Part shown: one piece after another, positions 34,575 through 44,017 of the stretch
Layout of the letters: each line of letters opens with the position of its first letter
Numbering within the stretch: the first letter of the stretch is position 1
Assembly (NCBI GenBank): GCA_016861085.1
Contig: BOKR01000001.1
Coordinates: 131,271-195,270 of the forward strand
Direction: 5' to 3'
Source: Patescibacteria group bacterium
GTDB taxonomy: Bacteria; Patescibacteriota; Microgenomatia; UBA1400; PJMF01
DNA length: 64,000 nucleotides
The notes under the pieces: generated by a model
Database searches by the model: none
The model's input: the letters and a program-made list of their open reading frames with translations, nothing else
What the model was told of the DNA's origin: nothing
Made by a program: the position numbers and the translations under genes

Positions 34575-35393
34575 ATGGTAACCATTTCATTTTTACTTAT
34601 CACCACTCTTTTGTTTGTTTTAGGTACGATACTCGGGAGTTTTTTGAGTGTCGTGATCTTACGTTCTATAGCTGGTGAGGGTTGGGTTTCTGGTCGCTCT
34701 AGATGTGACTCATGCAGAAACACTATTGCTTGGTATGACAATATTCCCCTTCTCTCTTTCATTCTATTGCGTGGCAAGTGTCGGCATTGTAAGGAACCAA
34801 TTTTGCCTTTGCACCCTATGGTTGAAGTTTTAACTGGGGTGCTGTTGGTGTGGTGGTACTGGGGTGGATTTATTTTCTTTAAACTTACCCAAACGCCACT
34901 GAGCATTTTACAGCCACTGTTTTGGTTGTCAGTAGGATTATTATTGATTTATCTTTTTATCATTGATCTTAATTACATGATTTTACCGGACAAACCAGTC
35001 TATGCGTTATTTGGTTTGGCGGTGTTATACAGAGTTGCCTTGGTGGTATCGGGAATTATGCAGATGAATGATCTCTACTTTGCCATCATCGCTGCCCTCC
35101 TTTCCTTCCTCTTTTTCTTTGCTTTGTGGTTTTTTACAAAGGGGAAAGGTATGGGCTTTGGTGATGTGAAGTTGGTTGTTCCTCTTGCACTATTGTTGGG
35201 AGCACAAAACATGTTGGTATGTTTGTTTTTGGCATTCATCATCGGTGCGGTTGTAGGAGTAATTCTGATTTCGTTTGGTCGAGGAAAGCTTAAAACTGCA
35301 ATACCATTTGGTCCTTTTTTGATTTCATCAACAGTGTTGAGTTTACTCTGGGGTGACACCCTGTTTTCCTGGTACTGGCAACTCATTTTCTAA
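34575..35393 (+). CDS. pilD: Prepilin peptidase
   Basis: GSFL, RSRCDSC, L.GKCRHC, IIDL..MILPD, GMGFGDVKL, IPFGPFL. Confidence 0.95.
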   Translation: MVTISFLLITTLLFVLGTILGSFLSVVILRSIAGEGWVSGRSRCDSCRNTIAWYDNIPLLSFILLRGKCRHCKEPILPLHPMVEVLTGVLLVWWYWGGFIFFKLTQTPLSILQPLFWLSVGLLLIYLFIIDLNYMILPDKPVYALFGLAVLYRVALVVSGIMQMNDLYFAIIAALLSFLFFFALWFFTKGKGMGFGDVKLVVPLALLLGAQNMLVCLFLAFIIGAVVGVILISFGRGKLKTAIPFGPFLISSTVLSLLWGDTLFSWYWQLIF

Positions 35394-35433
35394 TATGCTT
35401 TAATGGTACTAGAGAAACTCTAGAGAAATTATT

Positions 35434-36396
35434 ATGCGTATTCTGCGGATTATTTTGAGTGCTTTTCTGTTTTTTGCAGTGATAGCTATTGGTGGGTTTT
35501 TCTTGGTTCGAGAACTGTTATTATACTGGGGCGAAAGCAAGTTACGTGGATCATTGCGGGAACTGAGCCAGTCACAAAACAGGGGTAGTTTTGGATCACA
35601 GTGTTCAGCACTTGGTGCAAACGCCATCGCTGGAGAATCATTGGTTGAATACCAATTACGTTTTATTTCTTCATCTGAATACTTGGTAGAAGCAGTGTGT
35701 GAAGGCTTTGCGTATGATCCAATTACGATTTCCCAGGGTTCGCTTCCTCAATTTGTTACTAAAGTGCCAGGAACTTCTGGATTTATTGTTTCAAATTTTG
35801 AGCAAAGTGGTATTGAACTTGAAGCTTTCGCACTTGAAATTAGTAAACTATCACTGGCTACGGGCTTTGACTTCTCATTTCTGGCAAAGCAGAAAGCAAT
35901 CGTCGCAGAAAATGGTGTGGTGGTTAAAAATGAAAGCTTATCAAATGTGGGAAATGGTCCAGTTACTTCTTGTGAAGGGTATGGCTACCAGTGCTGCAAT
36001 GAGGTTTCACATTTTGGAGTTGGAGATAGAATTACTGGCCTTCCTGATTGTGAACAAAGCTGTTATTTGAATTGCACTACTCGACCAGTTCTCCTCTCTT
36101 TGAATACTAATCCACTTATGGAACCGCAAAATAGAACTGTATATATACAGGCAAACACTCCAGTTGAGTTTACGTTTGTAGCTGATTTTGGTGAGGCAGA
36201 CTCTGGCACTGGTGTTTTGGACTTTGGTGATGGTAAGAAAGCCCCAATTTCTGGTTTAGCTGGTCAAATTTCACATACCTATGAATGTGCATCTGGGAGT
36301 TGCCAGTATGTTGCAAGTGTTACACTTGAAGATAACTGGGGAGTGAAATCAGCACAAATAGAAACAAGCAAAATAAAAATAGTAGTAACAAGATAG
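35434..36396 (+). CDS. Membrane-anchored Cys-rich protein with C-terminal PKD-like domain
   Basis: N-terminal TM, Cys cluster, LDFGDG...HTY. Confidence 0.7.
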   Translation: MRILRIILSAFLFFAVIAIGGFFLVRELLLYWGESKLRGSLRELSQSQNRGSFGSQCSALGANAIAGESLVEYQLRFISSSEYLVEAVCEGFAYDPITISQGSLPQFVTKVPGTSGFIVSNFEQSGIELEAFALEISKLSLATGFDFSFLAKQKAIVAENGVVVKNESLSNVGNGPVTSCEGYGYQCCNEVSHFGVGDRITGLPDCEQSCYLNCTTRPVLLSLNTNPLMEPQNRTVYIQANTPVEFTFVADFGEADSGTGVLDFGDGKKAPISGLAGQISHTYECASGSCQYVASVTLEDNWGVKSAQIETSKIKIVVTR

Positions 36397-36411
36397 ACAA
36401 TAAAGGAACAT

Positions 36412-36843
36412 ATGAAATTTTTGAAGTTCAAACAAGAGAGTAAAGGGTTTACCTTGCTCGAAATTTTGGTGGTAATTTCTATTATCGGAATTTTGATCGC
36501 GCTTGGTGCTTCTGCGTATAGCACGGCTCAAAAGAAAAGTCGTGATGCCAGAAGACAGGGTGATTTGAAGCAAATTCAGAATGCTTTTGAGCAATACTAT
36601 ACGACTAACAGCTCTGCATATACCGCCTGTGCCACAATGGATGATATCTTTCCTTCTGGAACAAGGCCATCTGATCCAAAAGGAGGATCATGGCCAGATT
36701 ACAACTGTACCCAAACAGCATCAACATACTGTGTTTGCGCTCAGTTAGAAACCACAGGAGCCGGGAATGCGACTTCCCTTGGTGCAGGTGGAACTTGTGC
36801 ATATGGTACTGGTGACTACTTTTGTGTCTCTAATCTACAATAA
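36412..36843 (+). CDS. Pilin/pseudopilin (GspG-like)
   Basis: KG-FTLLEILVV, RDARRQGDL..I..A.EQYY. Confidence 0.92.
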   Translation: MKFLKFKQESKGFTLLEILVVISIIGILIALGASAYSTAQKKSRDARRQGDLKQIQNAFEQYYTTNSSAYTACATMDDIFPSGTRPSDPKGGSWPDYNCTQTASTYCVCAQLETTGAGNATSLGAGGTCAYGTGDYFCVSNLQ

Positions 36844-36871
36844 TACTTGAAATATAAAGGAAAAACTGCCC

Positions 36872-37570
36872 ATGAAAAAGAAAACTGCAAAAAAATCACA
36901 ACCGAAAGTACAAAAAAAAGGATTTACCCTCATTGAAATTTTGGTGGTCTCGACAATTATTATAGTGGTGGGGGCAATTGGGCTGGTAAGTTATTCCGGT
37001 GCCCAGGTTAGTGCCCGAGATGCACAACGAAAGCAAGATCTAGAAAATGTCAGGACCACCTTGTTGCTTTACCGATCAGACAATGGTTACTACCCTATTG
37101 CTGGATTAGGTCTTGATTCAAGATTTGCATTTTCATTTCCAAGACAAGTGATTGCGCGGTTGGGAGCGGCTTTCAGGGTTTCTCAAGTAAATGCAGTTGT
37201 GAGTCCAGGGGATGAAGGTTCTGAAGAATTTGGTTTTGCCGAAGACACAGGAGCACCGGCCGATGATAGTAAAACTGGTGACGATACTGAAAAGGCAACC
37301 CCTACTCCAACGCCATTTATAGAGCCAGCAGAGACCCCTTCTCCAGCACCAACTATTGTTCCTGGTACTGGAACTATACCAGCAGAAGCACTAGCATACC
37401 AAGAAATGGCTGCAATCCTAGTTGAAGAAGGATATCTAGAAAGTGATGAACTGCCATATGACCCCGTTAATGACAGCACCTATTATTATGGTTATGACTC
37501 AGATGGCTCGTCGTTTTCTTTGACAGCTCGACTGGAAAAAGATGGCTCAGTTGTAACACTGACAGATTAA
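36872..37570 (+). CDS. Pilin/pseudopilin with acidic Pro/Thr-rich insertion
   Basis: KG-FTLIEILVV, RDAQRKQDL, LPYDP. Confidence 0.9.
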   Translation: MKKKTAKKSQPKVQKKGFTLIEILVVSTIIIVVGAIGLVSYSGAQVSARDAQRKQDLENVRTTLLLYRSDNGYYPIAGLGLDSRFAFSFPRQVIARLGAAFRVSQVNAVVSPGDEGSEEFGFAEDTGAPADDSKTGDDTEKATPTPTPFIEPAETPSPAPTIVPGTGTIPAEALAYQEMAAILVEEGYLESDELPYDPVNDSTYYYGYDSDGSSFSLTARLEKDGSVVTLTD

Positions 37571-37592
37571 GTACTTAAGTTATAAGGAAATT

Positions 37593-38117
37593 ATGAAAAT
37601 GAGAAAAAAAAGAAATGGATTCACTCTGATTGAGCTGTTGGTTGTAGCGACAATTATTGTTGTGCTGTCTGCAATTGGGTTGGTTAGTTTTACTAACGCC
37701 GGAAAAAGTGCTCGCAACTCAAAGCGTAAGTCCGACCTTGAAACGGTGAGACAAGCCTTGGTGTTGTATAAGAGTGACACAGGGGGGTATCCGATTGCGT
37801 TGAGTGAAGTAGAAACAAAAACAGCAGATAATTCACGATCAAATTTGTTGGGGACAATAACCCAGTTGTTTACAGTACCAGTAGCATATGCAGCTGCATC
37901 ACCGGGGGGAACAAACCTAAAATATAATACAATGATCGGGGTTCTAACTCCAGACTACATTAGTGAGCCAACACCTGTTGATCCCAAATCTGGACTACCT
38001 AGCTGTGGAACGACAGGTACCGTTGTCTGTGACTATCTATATACTGGAACAGCAACGGCATTTACTTTGGAGGCACCTTTGGAGGGTGATGTTAATTATG
38101 TGCTTACGAACCCATAA
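37593..38117 (+). CDS. Pilin/pseudopilin
   Basis: NG-FTLIELLVV, RNSKRKSDL, PVDPK. Confidence 0.92.
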   Translation: MKMRKKRNGFTLIELLVVATIIVVLSAIGLVSFTNAGKSARNSKRKSDLETVRQALVLYKSDTGGYPIALSEVETKTADNSRSNLLGTITQLFTVPVAYAAASPGGTNLKYNTMIGVLTPDYISEPTPVDPKSGLPSCGTTGTVVCDYLYTGTATAFTLEAPLEGDVNYVLTNP

Positions 38118-38631
38118 ATTAGCCGGTTTCACTTTGATTGAGCTTTTGGTAGTTATTAGCATTATTTTGCTCACAACTGGTGCAGGTATTGCAAGTTTTG
38201 TGAATTTTAATGATCGGCAGCAGGTATTATCTGCGGTGAAAGACACTCAAGAATTATTAAGAGCCGCGCAAGTTAAATCAAGAGCTGGTGAAGGTGCCAA
38301 TGATTGTGGTGCAGGTAATAAATTAAAAGGGTATCAAGTTACTTCAAATGCTACAGCAGTAATTTTAAATAGAATATGTGTGAATGCTACAACAGGTGCA
38401 ATTACCAGTACGACTGAGCGTTCTCGAGTTACTTTGGACAATATAATAGTAACCAGGGCCCCAAACAATACAATTACATTTTTAGCGCTCAAAGGCGGTG
38501 TGGATCTTGGTGGGAGTACAAATATCTCAATTACTGTTACGGGTCAATATAGTAATGTTTCATATTTATTTCAAGTTTTAGATACTGGAGAAATTACAGA
38601 GGGGGCATTCCAGGATAGTGGTACTGAATAA
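38098..38631 (+). CDS. Minor pilin (FimT/GspH-like)
   Basis: AG-FTLIELLVVISII; start re-called at ATG 38098. Confidence 0.85.
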   Translation: MCLRTHKLAGFTLIELLVVISIILLTTGAGIASFVNFNDRQQVLSAVKDTQELLRAAQVKSRAGEGANDCGAGNKLKGYQVTSNATAVILNRICVNATTGAITSTTERSRVTLDNIIVTRAPNNTITFLALKGGVDLGGSTNISITVTGQYSNVSYLFQVLDTGEITEGAFQDSGTE

Positions 38632-38638
38632 GTAAATT

Positions 38639-39124
38639 ATGACATTTAATAAAAGATTTTTTTTACAAAAAGGTTCTACAATAATAGAACTACTAATTGC
38701 AGTTATGGTCGTGGGCTTGATTGTAACGGCAGTGGCAAATGCTGTCACCTACTCTATTAAAAATACTGGTGAATCAAGATATAGACAGGTCGCGACAATT
38801 TTGGGACAGCAAGTGATGGAACATTTTCGAGGCCAAAAAAATGATCTCGGCATAATTAATTTTAGTAATTCATTGACTGCTGGAGCCAATTGTTATTCAA
38901 GCATTGATAGCCCAACAGTTGGGGCCTGTGGTGCAACTCAAGTAATTGTAATGGCAGGAACTAATTTTAAGCGTGATGTAACTATCGCTAAGGGCGGTTC
39001 TGGAACTCATGTCAGCCCGTATTATATTAATTTTGTTGTTACAGTTTCTTGGGTAGATGGTACTGAAACAAGGGAAGTTGAATTAATTCAAGAACTACAA
39101 CAAGACTCTGGTTTTACTAATTAA
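38639..39124 (+). CDS. Minor pilin (PilV/GspI-like)
   Basis: KG-STIIELLIAV, A..L.QQ.ME, VTVSW. Confidence 0.85.
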   Translation: MTFNKRFFLQKGSTIIELLIAVMVVGLIVTAVANAVTYSIKNTGESRYRQVATILGQQVMEHFRGQKNDLGIINFSNSLTAGANCYSSIDSPTVGACGATQVIVMAGTNFKRDVTIAKGGSGTHVSPYYINFVVTVSWVDGTETREVELIQELQQDSGFTN

Positions 39125-39135
39125 CATTAGAAAAT

Positions 39136-39669
39136 CTAATTTCTTAAATTTATTGTTGCTTCAAAAGATTCACTGATATTAGAATCAGTACTTAGAGTTG
39201 GTGCATCTTTATCTAGGGTAAAACTGATTTTAATTTGTCTGTTTCCTGCTTCACCGGAACAGTCAAACCGTAGCGTGCTTAAATTTACAGTAGCAGAAGT
39301 AAGCCTGGCACTGTTAGAAGCAATCTTATTAACACCAGAATCACTCACGGTACTGTAGGTAGTCACACCACTATCTAGTCCTACAACTCTAATTGTTTGC
39401 AGATTATTTGTGCAGGCTTGGAATGTATCGTCATAATATCGAGCATTCTTGATAATAAACTCCATTTGGTTGAGTGCGTGTAGCCCCTCTTCTTTCACAG
39501 ATTTCCTGATGTTAGTTTTTGAGTTACCGATTAGAAATGTCATAAACAAAGTAGTAATTGTGAGCATGAGTAGCACGGTCAAAGAGGTAGTTATGAGCAA
39601 CTCAACCAAGGTAAAACCGGTTCGGCGGTCATTTGTTTGATGCTGGTCCATTTTGCGAGTTTTAATCAT
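39136..39669 (-). CDS. Minor pilin (PilW/GspJ-like), opposite strand
   Basis: TG-FTLVELLI, EG..ALNQME..IKNA, C-terminal LRN. Confidence 0.85.
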   Translation of the reverse strand: MIKTRKMDQHQTNDRRTGFTLVELLITTSLTVLLMLTITTLFMTFLIGNSKTNIRKSVKEEGLHALNQMEFIIKNARYYDDTFQACTNNLQTIRVVGLDSGVTTYSTVSDSGVNKIASNSARLTSATVNLSTLRFDCSGEAGNRQIKISFTLDKDAPTLSTDSNISESFEATINLRN

Positions 39670-39687
39670 GGGCAGTTGATTTTTCGA

Positions 39688-42600
39688 TTAGTTTACCTCT
39701 TGCCAGACTAAGTTTGGTCGTCTCAAAATTTCTGGGGTATTTTCATTGAAGTCAGGTCTGAAGTGGAATACCTCGGTGGCATAGGTGTTGTTGAGAGCTC
39801 TGTCTAACGGATTGGTCGTGTTATCAAACGTTCTTTGCAGGTCAATTCCACCCCACCCTACAAATGTACCCTCACCAACAAACATTCGATCTGCGGTGGC
39901 GTCGTTGTTGTCGTCGTCAACAATAATTTGATTGCTTGCGATGTAGACTCCGTCGATGTTTGTGTTTGTTGAGCCACAGGTTGGGTATGAACAGGTGTTT
40001 CCTACTGAGTTAGCAATAGTGATATTTCCTCCAGCAATAATTGCAAGGTACCCACTATCAGCAACGTCGATGATATGTCTGTTGGCTGCGCCAGTGTTAT
40101 TAATAGTGACATTTCCGCTGACAAAGATAATTTTCTTTACCCCCGCAGCTACTGTTTGAATTGCATTAATATTTAAAACGAGATCTCCATTTCTGTAGAA
40201 TACTTGGGCATCATCATAAATGGTCCCGTTGTTTGGTAGTGCGGTTAGTGGTGTTGAAATGGTTTGGACACTGCCAAGGTCAATATTTTTTGTGAGATAG
40301 TCATAGTCCTCTCTTACCAAGTTTGCATGAGTAGTGCTATTTGCTCTTGGTTGAACGATTGGAGGAACGCCACCAACGTTGTATTCGGTATAATAACTAT
40401 TCGCTCCAATACTGCCACCACTCATTGGGATACCAGCTGATTTAGCAAGACCAGCACTTTGTTCTATAAGATATGAGGAAGCGGTATCAGCAACATTACT
40501 GGTAAATCCTTGTGCTCCGTACACATTGCCTTGTGTAGATTTCCACCATGGTCCATGTGAGAGATCAACAGCTGTAACAAAGAAGTTTTGGTTTGTGGCT
40601 GGAGAAGCGGTATCAGTTTGTATACATGAGAACGGAGTGCCACCTGGACAGTTGCAGTAGAAAGAATTTGCGGGGACAGGGTTAGCCAGATTTAGAGTTA
40701 GGTTGAAACCATAGTCTGGAGCCCAGGCAGAACTTGGTGCGTATGGAACGTTACTCATAGTATAGGTGCTTCCAGGACTTACTGTAAGATTTCCGCCGGT
40801 ACTTGAAACCATCGTAGGAGCGCCAGCAGTGATACCCAGTGGTGTGCCGGTTCCAACACAGTTATTTGAACCATCTGGTCCTGTAGCAAGGTTGTAGATG
40901 GTGCCGGAAACATTTGCAGTTAGGTCTACAGCTCTTCTTACCCATGTGCCATTAGTGCTGCATCCATTTCTAGCTCTGATGACTATATCAAAATTATTTG
41001 TTTGAGTAGCCAATACGCTTGGGAGTGAAACTGATGTTCCCGAAGTCCAGGTAAGAACTCTACAAGTACCACTACAAGTACCTGGAATTGCGGCATTTCT
41101 TGGAAGCAGCCATACGTCATACGCTGTAATTGCTCCTGGTGGTGAGATACTTGCAGCTGTCCACGAAATAGTTCTTGGAAGCGGATTGTTTGATAGATTT
41201 AGGTTGTTGCCAGAGATTCCATTGACCGTAATGTTACTGACTGAACCCGGTGTTTGGTTTAAAGTGCCACATCCTACATCAGGTCCACAAGAAGGAACAC
41301 ACGCGGTAATTGTTTGAGGAACATTGCAGGCTGGGCGAGCTGTGAGAGCTGAATTACCACAGTTTCCAGCAGGATTACCGGTAGCAGCATTTCCTTGAAT
41401 GTCAGTAGAGTTAACAGCTACTGTATAGTCACCTGGGTTAATACCAGTGGTGTCCCAGTTGATAGTGTAGAAATTTCCGGCTAAAGTTGGTGGGCCAGGA
41501 ATTTCTGTCCAGTTGCCAGCAACACAGGGGTCAGCTGAATTGAGGATATACCAAAATCGAACCGAACTAAAAGTTACTCCAGCAGTATTAGTCTTATATG
41601 CTTTAATAGAATCATAGTAGACTGGTTGAGCCCATGCTCCACCGTGTGTCGAACCAGGTCTAAGAACTACTCTGAATCTTGAAGTAGTTGAACCGTTCCC
41701 AGGATTTGACCAAGTACCAGATGTAGTAAAGTCTTGCCATGCTGAAGGGATTAGGGCCATGGATAGATTGCCACCAGGTGCAACATGTCCTGTCCAATCA
41801 CCGAGATATGGTTCTCTTTGCAGGTATACATTACTGATAGTTTCGTTAGAGGAATGGCTTTTTGCTTTGAGTTTGATTGTATAGTTTTGATTAGTTAAGT
41901 TTTGCCCAGTTTCTAGCCAACCTGTTGTTGCGTGAGGATCCGTTGCTGATAAAAGTGGGGAGATTTTTGCGTAGTATGCTCCTTCTGATCCTGCCGATGG
42001 CCAGGTAGCATTTGGAACCGCCCACCACTCATTGAGTTGGTATGCAGTTGGCCAAAAAGTCATTCCTCCTGATTCAAATCCCCCATCGTAAGCAAGATTT
42101 AAGCCGATATCTGAGATTTCAGCAATATATTGAACAGTTTCACCTGCTGTAACTGAAGAATCAGAGACATCAAACGAGTCGCAATCTGGGGCTTCATCAA
42201 CAGGTGAATTATTGACCGTGATATTGACGGTGGCTTGAGTTGAACAAACGATTCCCGATCCTCCCATGTATACATTTGCTGTGAGTGTTGTTGTGCCTTG
42301 AGATATTGGGGTAATCTGCGATTGATATGGAGCCCCATTTTGATCAAAAACGGGATTCATTGAAATGTTGTTGTTAGATTTAGAAAATTCGACTTGGCTT
42401 ACATTCCCGTTTTGAATGTTTGATACGTTTGCTGTTATTGTGAATGGCGCACTATCTGTATAGAGGTTGACTGTTGAAGGAGAGAGGGTGACGCTACAAG
42501 AGGGGGGCTGGACACAAGTACCAGAGCAGTCTGTGGCACAGTTGCAGTTATTTTCACCTGCGTCACAGTTGTTGTCTCCACAATATGGACCTGGCGGTGG

Positions 42601-43230
42601 ATTACAGGTTCCGCAATCTGTTTGACAGTTAGAGCAGTTTTCATTGTTCTGTGGGTCACAAGTGCCGTTTCCACACCAATATGTTGGAGTTGGAGTTGGA
42701 GTTGAGGTGATGAGACAACAACCACGGGTACCGTTGCGAGGGGGACAATTATTATAAGGACAACCGTTTGCATACACAGCAGGTCCTCCTGGTGCATTGG
42801 ATTCGCATATTCCACTTGCTCCCCCAGGTGTACAGTTACAAGTTCCACCATAGGGACATGCCGACCCTTGTGTGGTACAACTGCTTAGATCAGGACATAT
42901 ACAAGTTTCGCTTGTGGCTGATTGATAGACATTTCCACTACATACTTCAACCCCAGGTGTGTTGCCAACACACGAACCAGCCCCACCACCTGTCGGGCAA
43001 GTATAATTGACTGATGGAGTTACGCTTCCATTATTACATCCGTATCCTGAAGCTGGAACACAATTGTCTACTCTAGCATAGGCGTTTGTTCCTGCACAAT
43101 CATATGGTGAACATGCCTCATCAGCAAATACAATATCGAATTTTTGTAGGAACAGATACGAACTTAAAATAAAAAAACTTAATATAATAATCAAATTAAG
43201 TTTTTTCTTGTTAATCTTATACAATCTCAT
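39688..43230 (-). CDS. Large Cys-rich surface protein / putative pilus-associated adhesin
   Basis: Signal/TM, Cys-rich N-region with two CG..CD..EN..NC..DC repeats, Ig-like and CBM-like (DGGFESG) segments. Confidence 0.75.
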   Translation of the reverse strand: MRLYKINKKKLNLIIILSFFILSSYLFLQKFDIVFADEACSPYDCAGTNAYARVDNCVPASGYGCNNGSVTPSVNYTCPTGGGAGSCVGNTPGVEVCSGNVYQSATSETCICPDLSSCTTQGSACPYGGTCNCTPGGASGICESNAPGGPAVYANGCPYNNCPPRNGTRGCCLITSTPTPTPTYWCGNGTCDPQNNENCSNCQTDCGTCNPPPGPYCGDNNCDAGENNCNCATDCSGTCVQPPSCSVTLSPSTVNLYTDSAPFTITANVSNIQNGNVSQVEFSKSNNNISMNPVFDQNGAPYQSQITPISQGTTTLTANVYMGGSGIVCSTQATVNITVNNSPVDEAPDCDSFDVSDSSVTAGETVQYIAEISDIGLNLAYDGGFESGGMTFWPTAYQLNEWWAVPNATWPSAGSEGAYYAKISPLLSATDPHATTGWLETGQNLTNQNYTIKLKAKSHSSNETISNVYLQREPYLGDWTGHVAPGGNLSMALIPSAWQDFTTSGTWSNPGNGSTTSRFRVVLRPGSTHGGAWAQPVYYDSIKAYKTNTAGVTFSSVRFWYILNSADPCVAGNWTEIPGPPTLAGNFYTINWDTTGINPGDYTVAVNSTDIQGNAATGNPAGNCGNSALTARPACNVPQTITACVPSCGPDVGCGTLNQTPGSVSNITVNGISGNNLNLSNNPLPRTISWTAASISPPGAITAYDVWLLPRNAAIPGTCSGTCRVLTWTSGTSVSLPSVLATQTNNFDIVIRARNGCSTNGTWVRRAVDLTANVSGTIYNLATGPDGSNNCVGTGTPLGITAGAPTMVSSTGGNLTVSPGSTYTMSNVPYAPSSAWAPDYGFNLTLNLANPVPANSFYCNCPGGTPFSCIQTDTASPATNQNFFVTAVDLSHGPWWKSTQGNVYGAQGFTSNVADTASSYLIEQSAGLAKSAGIPMSGGSIGANSYYTEYNVGGVPPIVQPRANSTTHANLVREDYDYLTKNIDLGSVQTISTPLTALPNNGTIYDDAQVFYRNGDLVLNINAIQTVAAGVKKIIFVSGNVTINNTGAANRHIIDVADSGYLAIIAGGNITIANSVGNTCSYPTCGSTNTNIDGVYIASNQIIVDDDNNDATADRMFVGEGTFVGWGGIDLQRTFDNTTNPLDRALNNTYATEVFHFRPDFNENTPEILRRPNLVWQEVN

Positions 43231-43231
43231 A

Positions 43232-43969
43232 TTAATTATCTACTTTATAGCTCACCCTAAGTGCAGGTATGAAAGGTCTGCCATCTGGTAATTTGGGGAG
43301 CAATTTAGGATTACCAGTCTTTATGAATTGAATAAAATCATCTGTGTTCCAACTCTTTGTCAATCCTGAACCATAATACACAAAATCTGAGGTTCCGTTA
43401 GGTTCAGTTGTGTTTATTTGAGCCATCTGATTTTCTCCATTAACAATGAGAAGCTGTAAAATATCGTCTTCACCAAGTTTCGCTGACTCGTCAAATTTAC
43501 CCACCTCAATAACATATTCTTCTAGCATTTGTCTCAACTTTGTACCAGTAGCAAATTGGGGCATAATCGTAAAATTGTAAGATCTATCTCCAAAAGCAAT
43601 GTAAGATCCATCTTCCTTATCGATAACTGCTCCAATTATTGCCCAAAGTTCTTGTGTTTTTTCATTACTGTCATTATATTTGCACTTAGCTAAACTTTTA
43701 ATGTTTACATAATCGAACTGACCGTCGCCAAACTCAAATTTTATATTTTCGTCAGTAATCTCAGATATCTCGCATTCAAAAACGTAGACATAATTACTGT
43801 CTTGATCCGCATAGAGTGGAAAGTAACTATTCCTTTGTAGATTATCTATAGGCTCTTTTTGCGAATAAAATCCTCGATTGCTCAACAGGAAATATGCTGC
43901 TACTAAGACAAATAAAACTACTACACTAAAAAAAGCAGAAACAAGATATTTTTTGTATTGTTCGGCCAT
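43232..43969 (-). CDS. Membrane-anchored hypothetical protein
   Basis: N-terminal TM; C-terminal domain shared with upstream gene. Confidence 0.7.
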   Translation of the reverse strand: MAEQYKKYLVSAFFSVVVLFVLVAAYFLLSNRGFYSQKEPIDNLQRNSYFPLYADQDSNYVYVFECEISEITDENIKFEFGDGQFDYVNIKSLAKCKYNDSNEKTQELWAIIGAVIDKEDGSYIAFGDRSYNFTIMPQFATGTKLRQMLEEYVIEVGKFDESAKLGEDDILQLLIVNGENQMAQINTTEPNGTSDFVYYGSGLTKSWNTDDFIQFIKTGNPKLLPKLPDGRPFIPALRVSYKVDN

Positions 43970-44017
43970 ACTAGATCAGTATAGCACCTGCGTTTTATAA
44001 AAATCAAAGACGAAAAA

